The notes under the pieces: generated by a model | Databases searched by the model: none | The model's input: only the letters and a program-made list of their open reading frames with translations | Told to the model about the DNA's origin: nothing | From: Ophelia neglecta | Taxonomy: Eukaryota | DNA: 64,000 nucleotides | Direction of reading: 5' to 3' | NCBI GenBank assembly: GCA_965285935.1 | Contig: OZ260663.1 | Location: forward strand, 74,276,001-74,340,000 | Part shown: positions 24,604 through 37,909 of the stretch, piece after piece | How positions within the stretch are numbered: position 1 is the stretch's first letter | How the letters are laid out: each line of letters begins with the position of its first letter | Position numbers and translations under genes: made by a program

Positions 24604-27600
24604 CCAGTTGGAAATAAGTCACAAGCCTTTGTAATGTAACTGCTGCAGAGTATTTGATAAACCCCTTAAAAACAAGTGTAAGTTATGTTGACAGCCAACA
24701 CCTTATAACTGCAATGAGGTAATGCCAACAAATAAAAAACCGATTGACCTCATGAAAGCTTGTACATGCTGAGGATGACCATTAACTCTGAAGTGTGCTG
24801 TGCAGCTGACTTTTGATCAAAGTGCCCTAGTATGACATTTTACTGTGCCTGTACAGGTGTACATGTACCATATGTGATGATTTGATGGAAAGACAAAAAT
24901 TAAGGAGGCCCTTTATTGGCTAGAGGAAGTAGTGTTAGATAATGAAACTTTATTGAAATTAAAAGGGTTGCCAAGTTTAGCAATCTTAATGGGGGATATT
25001 TGGTTTTTTTGTTTGAGGTTCCACTTCACAAACTGAAAGATTTGGTTGGGAGCACATGGCTTAAATGTGTGTTTTTTTCTGCTGGTGAATTTTAGAGGGG
25101 GTGGGGGTAGTGGGTAGATCCGAAGTTGATAATGTATAATCACTTCAAAGATGCAAAAGCACTGGAAACAAGAATTCCCTTATGTGTGCTCAGATGAGAA
25201 GTCTTTGCTAGGCCAAATGACTAGGTCCTCTCCATATGTCTGTAATACTCTCTATGTTGTCTCAGGCCAAGGGAAATCTTATCTAATTTCCTGACATTAC
25301 CATACCAGTGGGCTTGGGGTGGGGGCAGGGTTCTGGACCAATGACATATATTTTTCATAAGGAATTTGTGTCTGGTTCTTTTTCCTAATATTTTCAGACA
25401 ATGTATCACTAAGGATTTGAGAGTCCCTTTCCAATTGCCTGATTGGCTAATCTATATCAAACCAGCCTGTTGTGACAAACCACTGTATCACTGTCAAAAG
25501 TGTGCAAAAGTGGGTTAAATTAATTCCCTGGGAAGGAGTGGTATGACTGATTAGAAGCTCACTCTGACCTCAATGTATCCTTGCATCTCAAGAACATAAC
25601 TCCTCAAGACATTGATTATATGCCTGGGTGCAAGAGCCCATAGATCTATATATGCTTCATATTAAAGGTATTGACTTTTCTTTATGGGAGATCCCATTTC
25701 TTTTCCTTCATGCAGAGTTTTTGAAAACTTAACGGCTCTTTGCCTTTTCTTGTGATATTTTCATTTATCACTTGGTTGTTCATTTTATTTGACATTGTTT
25801 TGTTCAGTTGGCATCAAGCTTGAGGGGGTGTTGTTGGGGTTTGGGGCATTGGAGGGGTTCAATTGATCCCCCTACTCCTCTGAAGAGCTGAGGATTTTCT
25901 TCAGAATCACATATAAATGTGCCTCCAAAATATATATTTTCAAAACATAATATTTTCAAGGAAATATGCCCCTGGACCTCAACACCACACAGGCGAATAT
26001 TCATGATGATTCTTTGACACACACAAAAAAACAAACCCCTCATAACAAAAAATATGACTACAGTTATGATCATCCAGGATTATCAAAAATAAATGTATCT
26101 TCTTATGATTACCCTCACAACCATACCAAAGCCAACATTTGATAATTTTAACAATAGTTCCTCTATGTCAATATAAAGATATATTTAGTAGTTATCCCAC
26201 CCTTTCCCCTGGTTTCCCCCTCCTAAGATGAGCCGCCAGATCTGACAGGACTCCGGGAGTTGTCTGTGAGTGTTCAGTGGTTTGTGAGAGGGGTCTGTTT
26301 TTCATGTACCTTGCCAGATAGTGTTGCAATGCAATGTAGCTGCTTGTCAAAATTCCTCTACTTTACTGCTGAAAGAAGTTGGTTGTGATAGATTGAGTAG
26401 ATATTTGAATGCGCCATGCTGAGTGAGAACATACTCAGAACGTGAAACTAGTCTTGTAGACTTCATTTCTAGTTGACCTTCCAAGAAATATCTAGAAATG
26501 GTCTGTGGTTATCTGGAAATGTTTGTGTCCTAGCCACAAATTAGGTTGAATTGATATTGATAGACAATGAATCATCCCTGGCTGGCTTGGACATCTTCTC
26601 ACCCTTCAAATGTCTGGTAAAAAACTCCAGTTGAAATGTATGTAGGCAGATATGGTAAGACTGTAATACTATGTACAGAGTATATGTAATATCACAGACA
26701 TTTACTGGCTTTTGACCAGCCTCACAGAATTAAACAAAAAGCCAATAAACTACTTATAAATGCAGGCATCTTATATACATGTACCTAAACTTTAAGTTAG
26801 TTTTGACAGAATTGTCCAAATGGCTAAGTAGGCCAGCAGACTAGCGTGGTGCCAATCAATGAGGCTGCTTGTCCACATGAGCATCTGGACAGCTGGAAAA
26901 GCTTGTCTCCTAAGAAGTGGTCTAGTGTATGATACCAGTGTGGTCGGCTGTGGTCAGGGATCAAGCCCATCTCATGTCTACTATAAACAATAGCCTGGTA
27001 CATCATTCAACCAACTCCTTACCCTCCCATTCACAGCTTCCTTCAATGTGCTTCCAACTAATTCATTAATCTGTAGTTTCTGGATGATAGACAATTCCTG
27101 ATTGAAGGTGAACTCAATCCTCCTTCTAATTCATTTAAATGTTAGCCCCAGTGTGCCCAAGGGCATTATAGTGTTTTACCCTTACATCTTTTGTTGGTTT
27201 CATACAAGCTTTAAGTGACTCAGAACCCGTAGATTTTATATATGTGGACTTAGAATATACACTGTACTTGTGGTTTTTTGGGGTGTTTATTATGGTTGAT
27301 GCACACCTGTGTTTTTATAGGTGCTTAATTAACATATAATTATAGTGTAAAGCATCTTCCAATAAATCCCAGGTGAAAAGTTGTAAAAAAAGATGTGTCT
27401 TAATGCCACCAAGAAGTCAGGGAATATACAAAAGAATTGTGAATATCACCTGAGTTCTTTTGTTCTATATTATCTTTTATTTTATCTATTTTTCAGACTT
27501 AAGTCTTATATCCCACTGCTCCTGGTAGCGGCTTTTTGTTGGGCAGAATTCAGATGGCACAGATGTTCACAACATCCAGCCAACCAATATCCAGATTGGA

Positions 27601-28419
27601 AATCATATTTACAAAGCTGTGTATTAAATCAGGGAAGCCTCTAATTGAAAATTTCGCCTCCCCATTTGTGCTAGGAGTTGCTACTCAGTTTGTCTGCTAA
27701 CTATGAAGAACTTCCAAATTAAGGAAACGAGAGTACTGGCTTTCTGGGCTGGTCACAGCTGTATCTAGGTGGTGGATAATTTCATTTTGGATTCCATCAA
27801 AACAGGGGCACTGGTGCCATTGTATTGAACTATACACTACTTTATGGTAAAAGCCGGAATGTATCGTTTGTGGCCAGTGTGAATAAAACCCTAATCCTTC
27901 CTTGCTGAATGGTTCCCTGCAGAACATCTGCATTTCATATTTCATCAGGTGGTGCAGACTTATTAACAGGACACAGCTGAGCATTAATGAAGGGCTATAG
28001 CCTTCAAGAACATTGGCTCTGCTGCTTGCCAATGCAACCCCAGCCCTGGTTTTATGTAACTGCTGCTGACTACACAATAAACTCCTTCAAGAATAATTGC
28101 AAGAAACATTAATTGAGTTGTGATGTTGGCTGTTTCTGGGATAAGATTGCTACTAACTTGATTCAGGCATGATTTAATATTGCCTGAAAGTTTGTCTACA
28201 TGGAGAAATTGTTTCCATGCTGTGCAAATCAGACACATGTGTTGCCCTCACATCTTTGTGTTGGCCCAAGGCGCTGCTCATATACCTGACTCTCTTGCAA
28301 ATTACAACCTAACATTTATATTCTTTAGAAATCGACTGGCCTTTTTTCTACCAGATCTTAGATATTCCAGTGTTGACATTTAGAATGTTAATCAGGTATG
28401 CCTTTAAAGACGGTGGCTA

Positions 28420-28800
28420 ACCAAGGCAGGGTTGAAGCTGGTATTCTTGGATTATGCCTTTGGATCTTATCTATATATGTACCTGCTAATGCTGAGGGAT
28501 GTTAAGGAACATTAGATGTGCTCGGGAGATCTCTTTGAGTATGAAGAAACCATTATATATGTTGCTTCAGAGGTGGCCTTCTTCCAAGGCTCAAATGGTC
28601 AACTATTAGCCTTGAGGTAATCATGGAAAATCCTAAAAATATTATCTTCAGCCCTAGAATGTTGTACTCTTTCATCCCTCCTTTAAGAACAGGAGAAAAT
28701 CCTATTCATGTTTGATCTTTGAAAAATGAGATGATAAGTTTGGGTTTGATAGTTGGTTTAACTTGGAGATTAGTGAAATCTTGGATGTGCAGCTCTGTGC
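28420..28800 (+). mobile_element. Highly decayed LINE ORF2 AP-endonuclease fragment
   Basis: LWILSIYVP (~28458-28484), TLDVL (28509-28523), then YEET..I C..GGL and a later TFHP-like segment across frameshifts. These are collinear with the APE motifs IISVYMP / LDxL / IIxGDLN / TFxH. Judged by eye only. Confidence 0.4.
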
Positions 28801-31321
28801 TAATTCCCCAAGCCCAAAACTTACAGTGATGGACCTATATGGCTGAGCCTACCTGAGCAATAGAGGCAGAGCTTTGTCAGTAAGCTGTAGCCTTATCTCA
28901 CACCGCCAGGTTTCCCCTCGCCTGATTATTCTCAGTGAGGCCTGGTATTTATGATCCATAATACCCAATCATAATCCTTAGAGGTACATTTCCGAATATC
29001 GTTGGCTGCACTCTCCTGATGAATTGTCACCCCTCATCATGTGCTGTTACCGATATTTGATACTCCCAAAAATCCTCTTCTTTGATCAGTCTCCTCGCAG
29101 CTATTGCTTTTTCTTAATCAAATACATTGTGATGAGACACGGAATGACACATTTGTGGGGAATCTCCTCTGAGCATGACTTAGCTGACGGGCTATAGAAG
29201 TACTAAAACTGAGGATCATTTGTGTAATCCTCCTCTCAGCCTGCAATACTGTCCTTTTTTTTTATATTTTGGCCAAGTCGATAGCAGTGAATATCAAGTT
29301 TCATTAGTAAAAGAAGCACAGTTATTCTGATTACTATCTCAGACTAGTTTTTATTTTTTAAATCTCCATAACTTGTCACCTACATTTTGAAATGAACACT
29401 ACATACAGAGCCAGTGGTTCTGTACTTCTAAGCTGTCCTTTGAAGCACAAGTTGGGCAAACCATCAATGATTTACTGACTAAACAAGACACCTGAATCTT
29501 TACGATAAGGCAGCCAAGATGCAAGAGACACTCTGGGGAAAATAGCACAAAAAGAGCCAGAATTTCCATCTGCCACAACTGCAGGCTTGAATTCATAACC
29601 TTGTTTGTGTGTACAATGCACCTGCTTATGAAAAGTGCAGGAAGCATTTGCAATCAGAAGAAAGGACAATAATTTCAGAGGCTTGAATAAGTGAGAGCCT
29701 TGGTAAGCAATCCAGGTTTGATTTAAACCTGGAAGGTGAAAAGCAAGGCTTCTGGCGACCACTGACCATAGCTTACCACTTATAGTCACTTTGAAGCTTC
29801 TTGGCTTACCAGTACACATTGTTTAGCAACTTGGTTTATATTTCAAGGAAATAAAATCACTGTATTTAGATTCAAAAATTAAGCTACAGTAAAGGGCAGA
29901 AGAATGTTGTCTTTTCCATACTCTTTTGAGTTTGTTTTTAGGCTCTAGACTAAGTAAAGTGGATGTATTAGTCGCTATGTAGCATGGAATGTTCCTAATT
30001 GCTACAATCCTTTAAAATGTGATATTTTCAAACTGTATTTTCCCTTGCATTTACAATTAGGAGTATTAATTTTGAACTTTTTTGTCCCTGGATGTTTAGG
30101 GATGCTAGTCCTTTTTTATAATGTTGATGATGCTATTTAGCTGGTTTGTGGTAGGTTGTTGACCAGTGCCTTAATTCCAGCTTCCAGGTGTCCTAACTAG
30201 ATTCGAACAACAACGCTTGTTCAGGAGTCTCCAGGGTAACAGTGATATCAAACTTGATCAGATGTTTTAGCACAAAACACTTCCTTACCAACTAAAAGAG
30301 GATTTATTTAAAAACAATTGTGAGTATCCATACTGATTACTTTGACTACTTGACTACTTTGTCTTCTCATTCATCAATCATTATGTATACAATTGAGTCA
30401 ATGGCTTCTGACTTCAAACTATATTTCAAGTATTTTTCCACTATTTGCCATGAACACCTGCAGTGATAAAGGACTACAGGAAATGTAAGTCTTCATAGCT
30501 GCCTACCTCCCAGCTGGTAAAACAAATGGCTTGTCTGACTTGTGCTGACAGTGTGATGAAACTGGGCAATAAGAACCTGTCCATGGAGGCCCCTGCCATC
30601 ACCTTACAGATGAGCTTGCCACTGTGGCGGTCTCCAGGGCCGCCAGGGTGGCACCGGGTGGAGGAGGATGAGCTTACAGGGACAGTGGTGTCAGGTACAT
30701 GTACCTGGGGCCACATTTCTGCCTAGAAGACAGGGTGTCTCTGGCTCCCACAATCAGCTTATGGGTCAACCCCACTGACCAACAATGTGTTAACATTAAT
30801 CAAGTTGCCCATCCAAATTCATTGTACATGTTCATGCTCGGGGGCTTGTTGTTTTACTTGGGATCTCATCCCTTTGCTCCTGGAAGATTTTGTCAATGAC
30901 ATTTGGTAGCTATCTAACATACATTTGTAAAGTCTACACATTTTTGAGAATTTGTACAAAATTAGATTGCACATTCTGACCTCAACATCATTTTTCAAAT
31001 TACCAGCATAATTCCGCTAAATGATGTTTCTGCTCATCCTAGTGATGTATGGGCCTTGTATTTTTCTTTTGTTTTTTATTTACCGTAGTACATTTATCAT
31101 GTACTTCTGTAGGGTATGTTTATTCGTGAGAAAATTCCAATCATATTCATACCTGAAGGTACATGATCTGCTAACATAAAATACAGTTATAGCCTAGGAT
31201 TCCTCTGTTGTTTTTTTGTCTTCATTTAAAAAATAAAAAGTCAAAATATTGTCTATGTTATATAATAACTAGCTTGGTGATAAAGTGAAGCTGTGGTAAT
31301 AATTCGCACTGTTATGATATG

Positions 31322-32110
31322 TCATGAAGCTAGTAAGAAGTGGATTGTATTCTTACCTACCGGTATCTGACTGAGACTGGGTATAGCTGGGTTGTATTCT
31401 GACCTACATACATCTGCCTGTCACGAGACTGGTAAGAGGTGGGTTGTATTCTTACCTACCAGTATCTGACTGAGACTGGGTATAGCTGGGTTGTATTCTG
31501 ACCTACATGCATCTGCCTGTCACGAGACTGGAAAGAGGTGGGTTGTATTCTTACCTACCGGTATCTGCCTGAGACTGGGAAGAGGTGGGTTGTCTTCTGA
31601 TCTATCTGCCTGAGACTGGGTAGAGGTGGGTTGTATTCTTACCTACCGGTATCTGCCTGAGACTGGGAAGAGGTGGGTTGTCTTCTGATCTATCTGCCTG
31701 AGACTGGGTAGAGGTGGGTTGTATTCTTACCTACCGGTATCTGCCTGTCAGGTGACTGGTGAGAGGTGGGTTGTATTCTTGCCTACCGGTATCTGCCTGT
31801 CAGGTGACTGGTGAGAGGTGGGTTGTATTCTGACCTATCTGTCTGTTATGAGACTGGTATGAGGTGGGTTGTATTCTGACCTATCTGTCTGTTATGAGAC
31901 TGGTAAGAGATGGGTTGTATTCTGACCTATCTGCCTGAGACGGGTGAGAGGTGGGTTGTATTCTGACCTACATGCATCAGCCTGTCATGAGACTGGTGAG
32001 AGGTGGGTTGTATTCTGACCTATCTGTCTTTATGAGACTGGTGAGAGGTGGGTTGTATTCTGGCCTATCTGTCTTTATGAGACTGATTAGAGATAGGCCA
32101 GTTGGGTATT
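31322..32110. repeat. Complex minisatellite, variable ~42-52-bp units with nested duplications
   Basis: Core GAGACTGG(G)TRAGAGGTGGGTTGTATTCTKACCTA. Duplicated blocks have period 99 (31371/31470) and 88 (31561/31649), then ~51 and ~46. Confidence 0.95.
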
Positions 32111-32679
32111 CTAGCTTATCTTCATGTTGTGAAGGTCAGTGTCCCTGTCAGATACAGATCAATGTCCAGTTGTGTTTCTGACACCTGCTGCTCATCAAAA
32201 TGCCTTCTAACTGATCATCAGAGGCAGCAGATACAAGATATTGACCAACACCAGCCTGTGGCTCTGCTCCAAAACTACCATTACCATGATAATGACCCTG
32301 GTGTATTGTATAGTACAACATGATTATAGTAGGAACCAGACTACCTGAGATGATGTCAATTGTGTTGTGATTTTCCTGAATCTGATATTGCTATTTTTTT
32401 GGTGGCAAATTGATAAACCTGAAAATGTCATGCACAATGTTCTGTAACAATCTATTTTTCACAGAAATTTCCATGACAACTATGTTAATCCAAACATATT
32501 ATATTTTTTTATTCCAAACAGCATGATGTTTAAAGTTTGACAGATGTCCATGATTTCTCATGAAATGGAGTGTCATTGGAAGATTTAGGACCCCATCGTA
32601 GGACAAAGATTTCCATGAACTCATTCAGTGCTTATAGCAGTGTTTGAATATACTTAGCCATCATTCCACATCCAAATCC

Positions 32680-33090
32680 AAGGTGGCTCGGGTCACATGA
32701 CAAGCACTCTCATATAAGTGGCCTGAGTCACATGACTATATGATGTAGGTGGCCTGAGTCACATGATTATAACCTAGTAGGCAGGAGTCATATAACTTTA
32801 TGATCAAGGTGGCTGATTCACATGACTTAATCACCTACTTGGCATGACTTTATGACCTATTTTGCCATAGTCATGTGACTGTTTTGCCTAGGTGGTCTGA
32901 GTTGGATGAAATTATAACATAGAAGACATAAATTTATGACCTAGGTGGTCTGAGTCACATAACCTTATGACCTAGGTGGTCTGAGACACAAAACCGTATG
33001 ACCTAGGTGGCCTGAATCATGTGACTGTTTGACCTAGGTGGCCTGAGTCACATGACTTTATTACCTAGATAATCTCAGTTACATGACTGT
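32680..33090. repeat. Diverged 31-bp minisatellite (~13 copies)
   Basis: Consensus GACCTAGGTGGCCTGAGTCACATGACTTTAT. Confidence 0.9.
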
Positions 33091-33217
33091 TATGCCCAGT
33101 CACTCTGCAAAGTTTATCATAACTAATTTAGCAGCAAACAAATTAGTTACGTATATGTGATTACCATACCTTATTGTCTGGGAGCAGTAAACTGTTAACC
33201 TAGTTTGTACTTAATGT

Positions 33218-33419
33218 CAGTAAACCTGTATATTTCAGTTACAATGAAGCATGTGAATCAAGATTACCCAAGGGAATGGAAAATACAGGTCTGATTAAAG
33301 AGGTGGTCTGTTAACTTAGGTTGTTTTATATTGAAAAGAAAACATTGTGGTCTTCATACAAGAGTTCTGAATTGACAGGTGGTCTTTATGGCAGGTGGTA
33401 TTTAAGGCAGGTTTCACTG
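33218..33419. mobile_element. Tc1/mariner (pogo/Tigger-like) MITE remnant
   Basis: Right end ..CAGGTGGTCTTTATGGCAGGTGGTATTTAAGGCAGGTTTCACTG-TA with subterminal AGGTGGTCT repeats. Degenerate left end CAGTAAACCTG at 33218. Confidence 0.6.
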
Positions 33420-36079
33420 TATATAACCTAATATCCCAGTAATTGCCACAATTATATAATTCACAATATGAAGTAGAAACTAAAGGTTCAAGGCAAGGTA
33501 GAATTTGTCCATTGTATCTTTTTTTCTGAAAGGCCATTAATCTTGCTTGGAATAACATTTTATATACTGCTCAACAGTACAATATATAGTATGATACAGC
33601 CTAGGCAGGTTGTGTTCTGGGAGTTTTTGGGGGCTGTGGAGTGTTGCCCAGCCATTCTGTTATCATTCGGAGCCCCAAGATTGATCTGACAACAGGCAAA
33701 CACAGGCTAATGGCTACTACAGGTGTCAAATATGACTTTCATTAAGACATCAATATCCTCCCCACAAATCACGGCTGCCTGGAGACCACCTATTCACAGG
33801 CCAGCTGATCATTTTAATTCCCATCATGTTCTGACTTAATGTATTGAGGCCTGGCTCAGCAGACGGTTTGTTGATAAAACAAACAATAAATCCCAAGCTT
33901 CAGCTGAGGCCTAATTCTCCATTGATTGCATGTGATTTTAATCATCTCTATGTGTATTCTTGTACATGTATTTCTAATTGACCTTTTGGTAAGAGTAATT
34001 GAAGACAACATGTGCAGTCCTTTTGTTATATTAAATTACCTCTAAAATTGGAGGTAGGCTGCAGACATGACCAGACTGATTAAAACAGTGATGAATGTTG
34101 AAATATTACCATAACTACATGATTCATGATTAACAGTCACAAACAATTGTAATGTAAGATTTCCATGTTAAGAACTTACCACTTTTGCAGGCAACATTAT
34201 CTATAATATATTGCCACAGGCATTGAAGGTTTTCTTTTGACTATTTATCACAATTGGATTGTCTAGTCAGTTATTTTCATGGAAATGTTATGGTAATGGT
34301 CCAGAAAAAAACATGGGTTGAAAAAAATATTACAATCGGCAGCATTAGAACAATTGTTTACCAGGCTCTGGCACTTTCACATAGCTGTAGACACAGTCAA
34401 GTCGTGGGAGGGAGTTCCTCCTCACCCAATGGTCTGGCTTTAATTTTGCCATTCATCTGTTCATTGTTCTCTCGACTTTTTTATCCTTCCAGGCAAAGTA
34501 TTGAGTAATTGCAGGAGCCCACCCCATTCGGATAAAGATATTTCATTGCATCTCACTTGGGAGGCAATCCTGGGTATACACCTTCAAAACAGATGCTGAA
34601 CTGCCAGTCCCATCCCTGCGTTTTGTCCAAGTGGTGATAGTGAAGGAATGCGGAGCCAGAAAGCCCTGATTTTGTCCTTTCTTTGAGTGCTTTCTGGTAT
34701 ATTTAGGGAGTTTCTAGTAAGCTGGAGTCCTGTTCTTGTAAGTGCTTTGGAGGTGGCAGCAGTTTATGTAACTTGTTTTCTATTCATGGCCACAGCTTAA
34801 TATTTCAGACCACAGACTTGCTTGAAATCTGGCCTGGATTGGAATAAAACATTGGTGCATGCATGTGGTAAATTGTCAGTATAGCCCTATGGCCAACCAA
34901 GAGAGGAAAAAGAGAGAAGACCAAAAGAACTTCAGTGTTCATACATAAATGTTACAATTTAGGTGATTTAGTGTCCCAGCCACAGTAATAACTCCCTATT
35001 AGACAAATATGTAGGTATTACTGATAATATGACTTTATCTTTCAAAATATTGTTTAAGTAAGCTCGACTAGGGTGCTGAAAGATTGGAGTGATATTTGTA
35101 ATAGACAAGATGGTGATTTACTTGTGTGTAATCTAGTAACTGTGCCTAACTGGCTGGCAGACAGCTGTGACAGAGTGAGTAGCCACACAGCTGATATCTG
35201 CCGGGGAGTCCATCACAGTGGTGTTAGCTACTGACCATGGAGCTCCCTTGATCCCTCCCACTCCGGCCTGCCACTTTGCTGTAACAAGCAACCCACCCCA
35301 TGGCACAACAAACATCACCAATCAAAACAATGGCTGTTTGAATTAGCCAACCTGGGCTACATCACAAGTGGCAGTGGCAAGGTCCCAGCCAAACTTTGCT
35401 TTTCTTTTGGCGCCTGTGCTCCTGTGGCACATCTGGTACACCCGCCAGACGATGGTTACCAGCCATGCGGTTTTGCAGCAATAGCTTTCGCAGATGACTT
35501 CTGACCGGAAAGTTTGTCGGAGTTTGTTTCAGCTCGCTTGCTTGGAGAAATATACATCTCAGCTGTTGGCCAGCCTGGCCACATGAGCTCACATGGCGTT
35601 CTCAGACAGGAAACTCTCCAAAGAACGTGAATCTCTGGTTTAACTATAGACCAACTGGGGCACACCAGCTCTGCTCCCGTTTGCCCCCTCTGTTCGATAA
35701 TGGCCTGCATCGGCAGTACAATGTCAATATTTGACAGCTCTTTATAAGTTTTGGGAGAGTCACACAACAAACATTTTTCACAATCAACACTCACATCAAA
35801 GGTAGTATTCTTCTGTAAAGAAATGAACAGTTTTTCTGCACAGTGAACATTAGTGGGGCATCATTCATTGTTACTTTTTCTGGACATCAACCTGCATGTG
35901 GAACATGAAACCCAAAATAAAATGACATGTAACATGATGCTTGAACACTGCTCTTGTGGATATTATCTGAGATTTTATGTTATGGTTGAATGCATAGTAA
36001 CTACCTGACAGCTTATTACATGTACTTTAGCATTTACATAAAAATTGCATGAGGCTTAAAATTGATCTCAAAAACTGAC

Positions 36080-37909
36080 CTTTTGACCTTAGTACTTTAA
36101 GTGGCCACTGGGAGAACCCACACTGCAACCTGGTGACCTTAACACTTTGAGTGGCCACTGGGAGAACCCACACTGTAACCTGGTGACCTTAAAACTTGGA
36201 GTAGTCACTGATGGAATCCACACTTTAACCTGGTGACCTTAACACTTTCAGTGGCTACTGATAGAACCCACACTGTAACCTGATGACCTGAACAGTTTGA
36301 GTGGTCTCTGATATAACCCACACTGTAACCTGGTGACCTTGACACTTATAGTGGTCTCTGATAGTTCCCACACTGTAACCTGATGACCTTGACACTTATA
36401 GTGGTCACTGATATAACCCACACTGTAACCTGATGACCTTGACACTTATAGTGGTCACTGATAGAACCCACACTGTAACCTGGTGACCTTGACACTTATA
36501 GTGGTCTCTGATAGAACCCACACTGTAACCTGATGACCTTAACACTTATAGTGGTCTCTGGTAGAACCCACACTGTAACCTGGTGACCTTGACACTTATA
36601 GTGGTCTCTGATAGAACCCACCCTGTAACCTGGTGACCTTGACACTTATAGTGGTCTCTGATAGAACCCACACTGTAACCTGGTGACCTTGACACTTATA
36701 GTGGTCTCTGACAGAACCCACACTGTAACCTGGTGACCTTGACACTTATAGTGGTCACTGATAGAACCCACACTGTAACCTGGTGACCTTGACACTGTCA
36801 GTGGTCACTGATAGAACCCACACTGTAACCTGATGACCTTGACACTTATAGTGGTCACTGATAGAACCCACACTGTAACCTGGTGACCTTGACACTTATT
36901 GTGGTCTCTGATAGAACCCACACTGTAACCTGATGACCTTAACACTTATAGTGGTCTCTGGTAGAACCCACACTGTAACCTGGTGACCTTGACACTTATA
37001 GTGGTCTCTGATAGAACCCACACTGTAACCTGATGACCTTGACACTTATAGTGGTCACTGATAGAACCCACACTGGAACCTGATGACCTTAACACTTATA
37101 GTGGTCACTGATAGAACCCACACTGTAACCTGGTGACCTTGACACTTATAGTGGTCTCTGATAGAACCCACACTGTAACCTGATGACCTTGACACTTATA
37201 GTGGTCACTGATAGAACCCACACTGGAACCTGGTGACCTTAACACTTTGAGTGGCCACTGGGAGAACCCACAATGTAACCTGGTGACCTTAACACTTATA
37301 GTGGTCTCTGATAGAACCCACACTGTAACCTGGTGACCTTGACACTTATAGTGGTCTCTGATAGAACCCACACTGTAACCTGGTGACCTTGACACTTAAA
37401 GTGGTCTCTGATAGAACCCACACTGTAACCTGGTGACCTTGACACTTATAGTGGTCTCTGATAGAACCCACACTGTAACCTTGGTGACCTTGACACTTAT
37501 AGTGGTCTCTGATAGAACCCACACTGTAACCTGGTGACCTTGACACTTATAATGGTCACTGATAGAACCCACACTGTAACCTGGTGACCTTGACACTTAT
37601 AGTGGTCTCTGATAGAACCCACACTGTAACCTGATGACCTTGACACTTATAGTGGTCACTGATAGAACCCATACTGGAACCTGGTGACCTTGACACTTAT
37701 AGTGGTCTCTGGTAGAACCCACACTGTAACCTGATGACCTTGACACTTATAGTGGTCACTGATAGAACCCATACTGGAACCTGGTGACCTTAACACTTTG
37801 AGTGGCCACTGGGAGATCTTACTCAGTAACCTGGTGACCTTAATAATTGAGTGGTCACTCAGAGAACCTCTACTGTATTTTGGTGGCCTTAACACTTTGA
37901 GTGGTCACT
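36080..37909. repeat. 50-bp minisatellite, ~36 copies
   Basis: Unit CACTGTAACCTGRTGACCTTGACACTTATAGTGGTCWCTGATAGAACCCA. One 1-nt insertion at ~37481. The variant ..TTTGAGTGGCCACTGGGAGA occurs at both edges and at ~37246. Confidence 0.98.

Noticed and set aside
25808-26238. Possible poly-G MITE or Helentron-like remnants (also ~4940-5060, 9725-9870, 15100-15290, 38220-38356, 41220-41437)
   Set aside because: Suggestive word patterns only; no paired TIRs or TSDs could be shown by eye.
27224-27250. AACCCGTAGAT match to the miR-100/99 5' end (also a miR-34-like TGGCAGTGT at ~5405)
   Set aside because: The 3' half diverges and there is no complementary star arm.
27460-27530. Strong + strand acceptor-like tract ending TTTTCAG (similar at ~50009 and ~53059)
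   Set aside because: No good donor or open frame downstream.
32700-32717. 18-bp exact match ACAAGCACTCTCATATAA shared with 57847-57864
   Set aside because: No flanking similarity; could be chance in AT-rich 64 kb. Too far apart to call a TSD without an element.
36248-37895. Repetitive ORFs within tandem arrays (also 13218-14836, 17640-18456, 44715-45064, 51666-52140)
   Set aside because: By-products of repeats; unit lengths 50, 62, 38 and 34 are not multiples of three and frames hit stops periodically.
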